Below are positions 13,156 to 22,919 of a stretch of 64,000 nucleotides of DNA, piece by piece. The notes below the pieces were generated by a model. That model saw only the letters and a program-made list of their open reading frames with translations, was not told the origin of the DNA and made no database searches. The DNA is from Acidobacteriota bacterium (GTDB taxonomy: Bacteria > Acidobacteriota > CAIWXX01): assembly GCA_040755995.1 (NCBI GenBank), contig JBFMAF010000043.1:32001-96000 (forward strand), in the 5' to 3' direction. Position 1 is the stretch's first letter, and each line of letters begins with the position of its first letter. Both the position numbers and the translations under genes were made by a program.

Positions 13156-14430
13156 TCAACGAGCGTCAGCGAATGCCCTGAGGATTTTTGGCGAGATGTA
13201 CTTCGTGTCGTATTGGTACGACGGATTCAGCCTGCGCGCCTGCGCGAATTGCTGCCGTGCCTTCTGCATCAGCGCGTCGCCCTGCTTGCCCTGCATCAGT
13301 GCGAGAGCCGCGTTGGCGCATCCCATGTAGAAATAGACCCGCCCGGAGTCCTTCTTCTGCGCAGCCACGCGATCGAGAAGTGAGGCGGACTGCTCGTAGT
13401 TGCCGGAGTAGAATGCGACGAGTGCGCTCTTCTCCAGTTCGTCCACCCCCTGGGTGGCCAGCCCTTGCTCAATGGCGGCCCGGAACCTTGCCAGATCTGC
13501 ATTCCGCGGGTCAAGCTTCTCGATGGCCTGGCTCAGCCGCTGCGCCTCAACCCAGCTGCTCCTCTCGGCCGCCTTCCGCAGATTCTCCACGTTTTCGGCA
13601 ACGTCGATCGAGCGTAGGAGGTTGCCGACCCGCTGCGGATCCAGATTCGCTGCGCCCGCCTGGTTGGCCAACGTCTTCGCCTGGCCGTAATTTCTGGCGC
13701 TCAAAGCCTGCTCGGCCTGGCGAAGCAGCGTCTGGAACTCGGCCTGCTTCTTGTCAGCCTCGGCCATCGCGCGCAGCTCGGCTTCCTTCTGCGTGATCTG
13801 CGCGGAGAGGTCGGCGATCTGCCTGTTCGACGGGTCCTTCCCGCGGGCCTGGTCGAGCGCCCGTTTCGCTTCGTCCAGTCGCCCCTGGCTGATCAGCGTA
13901 CCTGCCTGTCGGACCAAGTCCTGAGCCTCCTGCTGAAGCTGCCTTACGCGTAGTTCTTCTGGCGAAGGCCCGGTAGGGGTGGGCGGAGGTGGAGCAGGTT
14001 TCGTCTCGGCCACCTGCGGCCTGAGCCGCTCGCCTGCCTGCGCCGCAAGCTTCTCCATCTCTGCGAACTCCTTGTCACCCTGCTTGAGGACTCCGCTCGC
14101 CCTGATGCGAGCGAACTGGTCGGCGGCCTCCTGATATCTGCCCTGGTTGAAGTACACAACGCCGAGGTAGTAGTCGGGGACGTACATGATGATATAGTTC
14201 GTGCCGTACGCCTTGACCCTTCGGGCGGGAGCGGGACCGGACTTCTTCACGGTGGCGAGTTTCGCCTCGGCCGTTGCCCAGTCACCTGAAGCGATCGCCT
14301 TCAATGCCGAATCATACGCAGCGTACCAGAGCTCCTGTGCGGCCGAGCTCCCTGAGACGGCAAAAAGCAGCATGACCACAATTATTGCCGCTCCCTGCCA
14401 CTTCACCGCGTCTCCGCGTCTCCGCGTCAC
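13156..14430 (-). CDS. Secreted TPR-repeat protein
   Basis: Signal peptide, YYLGVVYFNQGRY TPR motifs and a Pro-rich linker. It ends the kinase operon (16 bp gap). Confidence 0.75.
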   Translation of the reverse strand: MTRRRGDAVKWQGAAIIVVMLLFAVSGSSAAQELWYAAYDSALKAIASGDWATAEAKLATVKKSGPAPARRVKAYGTNYIIMYVPDYYLGVVYFNQGRYQEAADQFARIRASGVLKQGDKEFAEMEKLAAQAGERLRPQVAETKPAPPPPTPTGPSPEELRVRQLQQEAQDLVRQAGTLISQGRLDEAKRALDQARGKDPSNRQIADLSAQITQKEAELRAMAEADKKQAEFQTLLRQAEQALSARNYGQAKTLANQAGAANLDPQRVGNLLRSIDVAENVENLRKAAERSSWVEAQRLSQAIEKLDPRNADLARFRAAIEQGLATQGVDELEKSALVAFYSGNYEQSASLLDRVAAQKKDSGRVYFYMGCANAALALMQGKQGDALMQKARQQFAQARRLNPSYQYDTKYISPKILRAFADAR

Positions 14431-14446
14431 CGTGTCTCCTCCAATG

Positions 14447-17400
14447 CTACCTCAGGCCCGCGACTATTCTGGCCGGGTCATGGGCAGGCATGGTGAACAG
14501 GAACGAGTTGTTCTTGCCCGCCTGCACCCTGATCTGGTCGACGAGCGGCCGGGAGACTCCATCGTTGCTCAGCTCGATTCGGTACTCGCCCTCCGGCAGC
14601 ATCAGGTAGCATGGCGTGAGCCGGTCGTCCTCGGAGATCTGCGGCATCGCGATACCTGACGTCATCGGAACGATCTTCGCGCGGGCCCATGGGAGCGCGT
14701 TGATGGCCACACCCACGACCGCGGGCGCCGCCGTAGGCGAGGGGATGGGAGGAGGCGAAACTGACGGCTGCACGGTGGTGGTGCTCGCGGGTGTCTCAGC
14801 AGGCCCGGCCTGCTCCTCAGCGCCGCGCCACGGCCGCAGCACCAGCAGCACCACGACCAGGACCGCAGCCGCCGCGGGAGCGGCTACTAGCCACCAGCGC
14901 CGTGGCTTCGGCGCTGCCGGGACGTGCACGACTGCGGCCCTGGGAGGAGCCCTCTCGGCCATGTTTGGAGCGGGCTCGACAATGAGCGCTGCGGCGGGCG
15001 CTTCTGCCGCCGCCACCTCGCCAGCCACCTGCGCGGGCAGCGCTGCAGTCCGTTCCTCCACGGGACTCGCGGCCTCCTCCTCAACCGGCACCTCGATCGC
15101 CCGTGTTGGCTCCTCGGCTCCAATCGCCGCGGCCGCCTCTGAGACAGAGACGGCCTGGGTCGGCGCCTCCTCGGGCGGCGCCACTGCGGGTGCTGCAGCC
15201 AGCCTGGCCCGTGCCGCCTCGGCCTCGCGCCTTCTCTCGTCCTCGGCCAGCTTCCGCGCCCTGTCGATTTCGCGCAATCTCTCCCCGGCGGTGACGCTCT
15301 GGGGATCCCATTCCAGCACCTGCCGGTAGAGCCTGTATGCCTCGTCGAACTTCCTGTCTGCGAGCTGCTGCGCGGCCGATCCCAGCGTCTCTTGCAGGCG
15401 GGATTCACGTGCTGACTTCAGTTTCGCGCGAAGACCGTTGACCTCGACGTCGAGCAAGAACGCGGAGTAGTCGGCTCGCAGCAGCTCTTCGCAAGTCTCG
15501 ATCACCTCGTTCCAGTTCCCCTTCTTCAGGAGGCCGTCCACTCTGCTGGCGCCGGCGCGAAGGCCGTCGCGGGCCGCCGTGAAGTCCTCGGCACGCCTCC
15601 GCGCATAGCCCAGCTGTCTCGCCAGGTTGGGATCGCCTGGCCGGCGCTCCACGGCTTTCGCGAAGATCGCGGCTGCCTCAGCCCAACGCTTCGACTGGAC
15701 AAGTCCCAGCCCCTCCCTCGCGAGTGCCTCCGCTTCCGCCTCGCGCTGGCGCTCCGTCAGCCTCGCCTCGAACTGCCTCAGCTGCTCCTCGAACGGGCGC
15801 AGCAGTTGTGCTGACGATTGCAGATCAAGAAGGTGCTTGCGGGCCGATGTCAGATCGCCGGTGCTCAGGGCCTTCGACACGAGCTCCACGCCCTGCACGA
15901 CCGCGGCGCAGCCGGCCTGATACGATGATCGCTGCGTCATGTTTCGCAGCTCGTCCAGCGCATGGCTCAGCTCCTTCCAGTCCTCCGAGACCAACAGCCG
16001 GACGATCGCATCGAGCTGGTTTCGGACCTTTGTGTCCAGTTCCAGCTGCGCCCTGTGCTTCCGATCGAGCTCGCCGGCGAATTGGGCCAGTGCCTGGGCG
16101 TGCGGGCTGACCAGTGGGCACTCCGCCGACAGGGCTCGGGCCTCCTGGGCGGCTGCTGCCAGGTTGCCCTTCTGCAGGGCCCGTTGTGCGGCGGTGACTC
16201 CCAGTGCGACGGCTGAGCAGTCGCGCTCATGAGGCGTACCGGTAGCCGCGTGTTGCAGCTCCTGCAGCGCCCTGTCGAGATGGGAAAAGTCCGCCGTCAC
16301 GAGCCTCTGCACGACGGCCTGGATCTTCTTCGAGAGCGCCTCGGCGAGCTCGTGCTCCTGCACCCGCGCCCGCAGGTCCGCTCTGAGCTGCAGTGCTGCC
16401 GGCAGGGAAGGCTCTCGGGCCAGCAGCTGTTCCAGCGCCTGCAGCGCCTGCTGGAGATCACCGCGTGCGCGCACCTGCTCGATCCGGGCGAGGTCGGCGC
16501 GAATCGCCTCGCGGCGTGCCTGCTCCGAAACGGCGGCGTCGAGCTCGGAGCGCGCCGCCACGATCTCCGAAAGCAGCGGAGTCAGCAAGGGCTCCACTTT
16601 CGCCGCGGACTCGGCGCGTGCGAGCATCTGCCGGGCTTCGGCGTACATACCTTTCTCGATGTGCTCGCGAGATCCGCCGATGAGCGCAGCCACCTCGGCG
16701 CGCATCTTCTGAACGCGCTGCCGCTCGTTCTCGCAATCCTTGATCGACCGGCGCACTGACTCGTCCTCGGGACGAATTCTCTGGGCCTCCTGGAACGCTG
16801 CCTGCGCATCATCCCAGCGTGCCTGCTTGAAGGCTGCCTTGCCCCGTTCGACTGCCTCCGCAAAGCGTTGTCGTGCCGATTCGCGTTCCTGCGCCAGGGC
16901 GTTGACCTGGGCGATCTGGAGCGCGTGGGGCGCCAGCCACCTTTCCAGGCCGGCCCGGTTGTTGATGAGGCCGCCTGCCTTCAGATATTTTTCCTGGATG
17001 AACGCATCGGCGATTGCCGTGAGCCACTGCGCGACTCGAGAGAGCTCGGATTGCAGATTCGAATCCGTGATGTCAGGGGCCACGTCTTTGAGGAGAGAGC
17101 TCACCAGTGCGAAGTCGCCGCCAGCCAGAGCCTGCAGGGCGGCGTCGATCGTCTGCCGGATGCGTTCCTCCTCGGCCCTTCTGGCGCGCGCCGCCAGTAT
17201 CTCATCGCGCACTTGGGCGGCCGGTTCGAACGACGGGTGCTCCTTGACGATCTGCTCCACACGCTCCAGCCCCTCGTCCTCCTTGCCTTGCTCGACGGCG
17301 GCGCGGGCCTCTTCGAGTTGGGCACGGAGGCTCCGTTCGAGCTCCTCCTGCCGTGCCTGTTGCAACCGCCGCTGCCACGCGACTATTCGCTCGTCATTCG

Positions 17401-19561
17401 GTTTGAGGTTCAATGCCGACTCGATCTGAGCGGCCGCGGCCATGAAGTCTTTCGATTCGAGCAGGGAGTCTGCCTGCTGGAGGTACTCCTGGATGGCGCG
17501 TTCGCGCTCTTCCTCGAGCATCGCCTCGAGCCTGCGCACGTGCGTCGTGACCTTGGGATCGCGCTGGAAGGTGCGCTCGAGCCTGGCGAGCAGCGACTGG
17601 GCCTGGATCAAGTTCTTCTTCTGTATCAGGCTCCTGGCGTGCCGGAGATCGCGCTTGGCCTTCTCTTGTCTGGCATTCCTCAGCAGCTTGATCCACTCGG
17701 TGTTGCCCGGCTCGGTGCCGAGCAGCGACTTCAGGCACTTGATTGCCTGCGTGTACTTGCGCTCGGCGATCAGCCTGTGCGCCATCGCTTCGCGCTTTGT
17801 GGTGACGACGGTCGTCGCCTTCTCCATGGGTTCCAGCGCCTGCAGAAGCTCGCGGACGGTCTGGAACCGGCTCTGCTGTTCCTTTTCGAGCGCCTTCAGG
17901 ATGATGTTCTCGAGCTCCGGGGGTATGTCGGGGACAATCTCCGACGGCCTGGCCGGCTTGGACTTGAGGTGAAGGAAGATGACGGCGATGGGCGAGCTGG
18001 CGGTGAACGGGAGCTTGCCGGTGAACATCTCGTACATCATGATGCCCATGGCGTAGATATCCGCGCGATGATCGATGTGCGCGTCCTCGAACTGCTCGGG
18101 GGCCATGTAGTGCGGTGTGCCGACGACCTGGCCGGTCTGTGTGAGGCGATGGACCTCGGCCGAGGTGGATATGCCGAAGTCCATGATGTGCGCCCGGCCG
18201 GTGGAGTCGACCATGATGTTCTGCGGTTTGAGATCGCGGTGGATCACGCCTACGCGGTGCGCCTCTTCCAGCGCCAGCAGTGTCTGCTTCACGATGGGAA
18301 TGCCATCGTCGGCGGAAAGCCTGCCGTGTGTCCGGAGCATCTCGGCGAGGGTAGTGCCGTCCAGGTACTCCATGGACACGTAGTGGACGCCGGCGCTCTC
18401 GCCGATGTCGTAGATGCGGCAGGCGTTGGGGTGCGCGACCTTGCGGGCCAGGAGCACCTCGCGCTTGAACCTCTCCACTGCCTTCTCATCGTGCACTATC
18501 TTGGGGCTCATGATCTTCAGAGCCACGGAGACTTCCAGGATCTTGTCGATGGCCTTGTAGACCGTGCCCATGCCGCCTTCGCCGAGCTTCTTTTCGATCA
18601 GGTACCGGCGGGAGAAGGTCTCTCCGGGCTGCAGGTCCGCACCAGGCGGCCTGGCGGCGACGGTCCGCACGATCGTGCTCGCCTCGCGTTGATCGACCTG
18701 GTCGAGCTCGCGAATGAACTCTTCGAGCGTGGAGTGGCGCTGCTTTCGATCCTTGGCGAGCGCCTTCAGGATAATCTGGTCGAGGGCGACAGGGAACTCG
18801 CCTGCACCGAAGTGTGTCGACGGCGGCTTCGGAGTCTCGTTGACCTGCTTGACGATGTAGCCCTGCGGGCTGGTAGAGTAGAAAGGCAGCTTGCCGACGA
18901 GCATCTGGTAGAAGGTGATTGCAAGGGAGTAGATGTCGGAGCGGCGGTCGATCTCTTCGCCCTCTTCCAACATGCCGCACTGTTCGGGGCTGCAGTACTG
19001 CGGCTTCCCGATGAACGCGCCGGTCATCGTGAAGTGGCGCGTGCCCTCGAACATCGGCTTCGCGATCCCGAAATCGATGACCTTGGTGGTCTCGTTGCCG
19101 AGGTCGTCCTTGACCAGGAGGAGATTGTCCGGGGAGATGTCGCGATGGATAATGCCGCGCTGGTGTGCCGAGTGCAGTCCCTGCGCGGCCTCGCGTACGA
19201 TCCTGATCGACTCGCCGATCGGAATCCGCGTCAGGCGCTGGATGCGCTGCAGCACCCCCTCGCCGCGTATGAACTCCAGCACCATGAAAAAGACGTCTTC
19301 TTCCAACGTCCCGAACTCGAAAAGCTGCACCAGGTTCGGGTGGCGCAGCTTCGTCAGTATCTTGGCCTCGCGAATGAACCGCTCGACGAAATCCTTGTCG
19401 CCCGCAAGACGACTCTGAATGACCTTGATGGCGCGTTCTTCGTCCAGATACACGTGACGCGCCCTGTAGACGGCCCCCATTCCGCCGCGCCCGATCTGAT
19501 CCAGGATCTCGTACTCACGGATCCTGGTTCCTACCAGCGGGTCTTTAACGGGTTTCGCCAT
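14447..19561 (-). CDS. Membrane Ser/Thr kinase with two tandem kinase domains, long TPR/helical region and C-terminal external domain
   Basis: Kinase 1: GRGGMGAVY, HRDISPDN, DFG. Kinase 2: GEGGMGTVY, HRDLKPQN, DFG, YMAPE. A TM segment (WWLVAAP...) precedes a PEGA-like tail (INALPWA). Confidence 0.9.
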   Translation of the reverse strand: MAKPVKDPLVGTRIREYEILDQIGRGGMGAVYRARHVYLDEERAIKVIQSRLAGDKDFVERFIREAKILTKLRHPNLVQLFEFGTLEEDVFFMVLEFIRGEGVLQRIQRLTRIPIGESIRIVREAAQGLHSAHQRGIIHRDISPDNLLLVKDDLGNETTKVIDFGIAKPMFEGTRHFTMTGAFIGKPQYCSPEQCGMLEEGEEIDRRSDIYSLAITFYQMLVGKLPFYSTSPQGYIVKQVNETPKPPSTHFGAGEFPVALDQIILKALAKDRKQRHSTLEEFIRELDQVDQREASTIVRTVAARPPGADLQPGETFSRRYLIEKKLGEGGMGTVYKAIDKILEVSVALKIMSPKIVHDEKAVERFKREVLLARKVAHPNACRIYDIGESAGVHYVSMEYLDGTTLAEMLRTHGRLSADDGIPIVKQTLLALEEAHRVGVIHRDLKPQNIMVDSTGRAHIMDFGISTSAEVHRLTQTGQVVGTPHYMAPEQFEDAHIDHRADIYAMGIMMYEMFTGKLPFTASSPIAVIFLHLKSKPARPSEIVPDIPPELENIILKALEKEQQSRFQTVRELLQALEPMEKATTVVTTKREAMAHRLIAERKYTQAIKCLKSLLGTEPGNTEWIKLLRNARQEKAKRDLRHARSLIQKKNLIQAQSLLARLERTFQRDPKVTTHVRRLEAMLEEERERAIQEYLQQADSLLESKDFMAAAAQIESALNLKPNDERIVAWQRRLQQARQEELERSLRAQLEEARAAVEQGKEDEGLERVEQIVKEHPSFEPAAQVRDEILAARARRAEEERIRQTIDAALQALAGGDFALVSSLLKDVAPDITDSNLQSELSRVAQWLTAIADAFIQEKYLKAGGLINNRAGLERWLAPHALQIAQVNALAQERESARQRFAEAVERGKAAFKQARWDDAQAAFQEAQRIRPEDESVRRSIKDCENERQRVQKMRAEVAALIGGSREHIEKGMYAEARQMLARAESAAKVEPLLTPLLSEIVAARSELDAAVSEQARREAIRADLARIEQVRARGDLQQALQALEQLLAREPSLPAALQLRADLRARVQEHELAEALSKKIQAVVQRLVTADFSHLDRALQELQHAATGTPHERDCSAVALGVTAAQRALQKGNLAAAAQEARALSAECPLVSPHAQALAQFAGELDRKHRAQLELDTKVRNQLDAIVRLLVSEDWKELSHALDELRNMTQRSSYQAGCAAVVQGVELVSKALSTGDLTSARKHLLDLQSSAQLLRPFEEQLRQFEARLTERQREAEAEALAREGLGLVQSKRWAEAAAIFAKAVERRPGDPNLARQLGYARRRAEDFTAARDGLRAGASRVDGLLKKGNWNEVIETCEELLRADYSAFLLDVEVNGLRAKLKSARESRLQETLGSAAQQLADRKFDEAYRLYRQVLEWDPQSVTAGERLREIDRARKLAEDERRREAEAARARLAAAPAVAPPEEAPTQAVSVSEAAAAIGAEEPTRAIEVPVEEEAASPVEERTAALPAQVAGEVAAAEAPAAALIVEPAPNMAERAPPRAAVVHVPAAPKPRRWWLVAAPAAAAVLVVVLLVLRPWRGAEEQAGPAETPASTTTVQPSVSPPPIPSPTAAPAVVGVAINALPWARAKIVPMTSGIAMPQISEDDRLTPCYLMLPEGEYRIELSNDGVSRPLVDQIRVQAGKNNSFLFTMPAHDPARIVAGLR

Positions 19562-19756
19562 CTTTCAGCAACCGCAACAGAGGTGCCCTGCGACTACAGT
19601 CGATTATATCCCAGACCGGACAAACTAGGCAGCCGAATCCCGTGTCGCGGTTTGGGGTCGTGGACGTAGGCGTCTACCTACGTCAACGTCAACAGAAACG
19701 CATCCGTAACGCCGTTGACGTTCACGAGGAGGTGCCGAAACGCACGGGAAGGATGC

Positions 19757-21823
19757 CTACTCCACCGCCTCCGCCATCAGCAGTAGGAAGTAGCAGTTCT
19801 GTGGCAGCCATGGCTCGTTCGTCTCGTACGAGTTGCCGAGCACGTCGAAACGAGGCGCCGGACTGTCGATGGACTCGCGAATGATACCGTTGACGATCGC
19901 CCCCGGGACGGCTCCGTCGCCATGCCCGGGAATCGTCTCGTACCGATGGTGGTAGTACTGCGGGTTCGAGCTTCCCACGCCTTCGATCATGCAGATACCG
20001 AACGGGTTCTTACCCATTACCCAGTCGATGTTGTTCTGGATTATTCGCTTGTTCGCGCTCGTCTCACCCACGACCAGCGAGGCCAGTCGTGTCGCCCAGG
20101 CCACCGACAGGTAGTCCGAGTTCTCCCCGACCTTCCACGCATCTACCGAACCGTACGGAAAGAAGAAGTTGCTCGCATCATACTGCTGTATGCCAAACGG
20201 GTTCTTGCTCTGCCTGCGCACAGACCTCAGGTATCTTCTCAAGGAGTCTTTGACCTTCGGGGCATAAGCGTCCGACCTGTTCCGGGTCGTCCAGAAGGCC
20301 AACCCGGCCGCAGGAACACCACGATCGGTCAGATTCGTTCGCGGGAAGCCGCCGTCATCCGCTTGCATCGCCAGAAGCTGATCGATGTGCTGGCGCGCGT
20401 GGGTGAGGTAGTCGGACTTCGACGTACGCTCGCGCAGGATTGTCTCCAGGATGATCAGCCGGCCGAGGTGCCCGGCATTGCCGGAGACCTGGTCGTGAAC
20501 GACTCCCCAGATGCTCTCGGCCTTCTGCAAATAGCCCTGGTTCGACAGCAACGACGAGAGCACGGCGAGTCCGGCCGCTGCGAGCTGGTTGTCCTCATTC
20601 CCGAGCGGCCCCAGGCGAACCTCCCTGTCGTCGCCGTTGCCCGGGACTCCGTCGGTCTCATACTCCGGGCGCCCCCAGAAGAAGTCCCGGCTGTAGACCC
20701 CCTGTACCAGCCGGCCCGTCGTGGCGTAGATCATTTGCTGGATGACGGTCGCGCCCCACCTGGCTTCGTCCAAAATCTTGCCGTAGGTGGCGGAGCCCGT
20801 CCTTCGCTCGGCCAGGCGACTCAGCGCGAAAAACGCGAGCGGCTCACCGAAGGCGGTCTTGACATAGTCGCCTGCATCGTGCCATCCGCCGATAATCGGC
20901 CAGTGCGTTCCATTGAGATCCCCGTCGTCCAGGTGGCAGTACCCGTGCCAGCCGGGGATCTTGGCGCCGCATCGTTGGTAGTAGAAAAACTGCCGCGCGA
21001 GATCCTCGGCCTGTGAGTATGGGTTGGCCGAAATCGTGAAGGCAGGCGATTCGTAGCCGCCCGCGGTTCTGATGCGGTATGTGCCGGCGGTGTCGAACGA
21101 CGTGAAGTCGCCCCAAAGGTAGTAGCTGCCCCAACCGGTCGGCGCTTTCATACGAGACGTTGTGCCGCTCTGCACCACGGTTCCGTCCGTCGACAGGACC
21201 TCGAACGCGCCGGGAGCCAGCTGCCCCGTCGACTGCACCACGAAGGTCTTGGGCCAGCCGATCCGGTAGCCGACCTGGTTGACCAGTACGGTGGTGTACG
21301 GAGGCCCGCCGATCTCGACTGAGACGTCGTCAAGCCAGACGGTGCCGCCGGTGTCGGATGTGCACAGAACTTGATATCGCCCTGCACCTGACGGAGGTGT
21401 CGTCTCCGTGAGCACCACCTCCTTCCAATCGTATGTCCCGGCGTCGACCGTGACCCGCTTCCATCGGACGAGGTTATCCTTGTTGAACCAGACGATCCAG
21501 AGGCGGAAGCGACCGCCGAGGCTGGCCTTCGCCCACGCCCTGATCGTCACGCTGGTCTGCCAGGGATAGAACGGGAGCCTCTCGCTGGCGACGCCGTACA
21601 TGCCTATCACGCCATACAGGCGAATGGATGCAAGGCCGGTCCTGTAGACACCGGTGTCCTGCGCCAGCCTGCCGGCGCCCAGGTTGTCGTAGGCCTCCCA
21701 GCCCACCGGTACAGCACCGTCCATCCGCTCGAATGAACCGTTCGAGACCGGATTGGCCAACGCACCCGAAGCCCACGCGAGGAGTAGCATCGGAGCCGGT
21801 GTGATGAGTCGAGCGACGCGCAT
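19757..21823 (-). CDS. Secreted GH9-family glycoside hydrolase with N-terminal CBM4-like and Ig-like domains
   Basis: GGWHDAGDY, VNQVGY, FFYYQRCG and C-terminal YETNE. NGSFE follows the signal peptide. The start was moved to ATG 21823 because the ORF-track extension overlaps nfnA. Confidence 0.85.
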   Translation of the reverse strand: MRVARLITPAPMLLLAWASGALANPVSNGSFERMDGAVPVGWEAYDNLGAGRLAQDTGVYRTGLASIRLYGVIGMYGVASERLPFYPWQTSVTIRAWAKASLGGRFRLWIVWFNKDNLVRWKRVTVDAGTYDWKEVVLTETTPPSGAGRYQVLCTSDTGGTVWLDDVSVEIGGPPYTTVLVNQVGYRIGWPKTFVVQSTGQLAPGAFEVLSTDGTVVQSGTTSRMKAPTGWGSYYLWGDFTSFDTAGTYRIRTAGGYESPAFTISANPYSQAEDLARQFFYYQRCGAKIPGWHGYCHLDDGDLNGTHWPIIGGWHDAGDYVKTAFGEPLAFFALSRLAERRTGSATYGKILDEARWGATVIQQMIYATTGRLVQGVYSRDFFWGRPEYETDGVPGNGDDREVRLGPLGNEDNQLAAAGLAVLSSLLSNQGYLQKAESIWGVVHDQVSGNAGHLGRLIILETILRERTSKSDYLTHARQHIDQLLAMQADDGGFPRTNLTDRGVPAAGLAFWTTRNRSDAYAPKVKDSLRRYLRSVRRQSKNPFGIQQYDASNFFFPYGSVDAWKVGENSDYLSVAWATRLASLVVGETSANKRIIQNNIDWVMGKNPFGICMIEGVGSSNPQYYHHRYETIPGHGDGAVPGAIVNGIIRESIDSPAPRFDVLGNSYETNEPWLPQNCYFLLLMAEAVE

Positions 21824-22058
21824 TCGACCTGTCACTCGGCCCGGGCTCCTGATGAGCCCGGCCAGACCGGAGTCGATCCAGCGGACCATTCGCCACGCCT
21901 GCCGTCGAGCCCCCGCCGCCGTGAACACAATTCCAAGGTCGTGAGGCTTGAATGACCGGCAGAACCTTGCTATTCTGAAAGCTTGTGTTCGCATGCGGGC
22001 GGTCATGATGCGGTCGATGATCGATCCAAAGTTCCTACACATGGAGAGATTATAGGCA

Positions 22059-22919
22059 ATGTACGAGATTATTGAAAAGGCCGTGTTGGCTCCGAAGGTG
22101 GGCAAGTTCGTCGTTCGGGCTCCCGACGTAGCGCGCTCCCGAAAGGCTGGGCAGTTCGTTATCGTGCGTCCGCGGGACGATTCCGAGCGCATCCCGCTCA
22201 CAATCGCAGACGGGGACGCAGAGACCATCACCTTGGTCGTGCAGGAGGTCGGCAAGACGACGGCGGTCATGATGGACATGCGGGCCGGCGAGTCGATGGC
22301 TGATGTCTGCGGTCCGCTTGGCAGGCCGACCCACGTGGAGAAGCTTGGAACGGTCGTGGTGATCGGCGGCGGCATCGGGATCGCCCCGGCACACCCGATC
22401 GCTCAGGCGATGAAGGCGGCCGGCAACACTGTGATCGCGATCATCGGAGCGCGCGGCAAAGACCTGCTCATCATGGAAGACGAGATGCGGCGCGCATCAG
22501 ACGAGATCACCGTGATGACCGACGACGGCAGCTATGGGACGAAAGGATTCGTCACACACGCGCTCCAGTCGCTCATCGACGCGGGACGGCAGATCAGCCT
22601 GGTCGTTGCCATCGGACCGGCCATCATGATGAAGATGGTTACCAAGGTCACCCGGCCGGCCGACATCCCGACGCTCGTCAGCCTGAACACGATCATGATC
22701 GACGGCACGGGGATGTGCGGCGGCTGCCGCGTCAGTGTGGACGGCGGCACCAGGTTTGTCTGTGTCGACGGCCCGGAGTTCGACGGATTCAAAGTCGACT
22801 TCGACCTCATGATGCGCCGGCAGGCGATGTACGTCGCGCAGGAACGACTGGCCTATGACACGTACCAAAAGCAACATCGATGCAAGCTCGGAGAACAGGT
22901 GGAGGCACTGAGATCATGA
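22059..22919 (+). CDS. nfnA: Electron-bifurcating transhydrogenase small subunit (NfnA/SudB-like)
   Basis: AGQFVI, ERIPLTIAD, DGTGMCGGCR..CVDGPEF. Confidence 0.9.
   Translation: MYEIIEKAVLAPKVGKFVVRAPDVARSRKAGQFVIVRPRDDSERIPLTIADGDAETITLVVQEVGKTTAVMMDMRAGESMADVCGPLGRPTHVEKLGTVVVIGGGIGIAPAHPIAQAMKAAGNTVIAIIGARGKDLLIMEDEMRRASDEITVMTDDGSYGTKGFVTHALQSLIDAGRQISLVVAIGPAIMMKMVTKVTRPADIPTLVSLNTIMIDGTGMCGGCRVSVDGGTRFVCVDGPEFDGFKVDFDLMMRRQAMYVAQERLAYDTYQKQHRCKLGEQVEALRS

Noticed and set aside
16868..19669. Long antisense ORFs (933 aa here; also 342..1451, 9647..11530, 27752..29383, 53778..56081)
   Set aside because: They are shadows of real genes in high-GC DNA and have no motifs.
21824..22375. N-terminal extension of the GH9 ORF (likewise 52931-54106 of the kinase ORF)
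   Set aside because: Each overlaps a well-supported opposite-strand gene, and better starts exist downstream.
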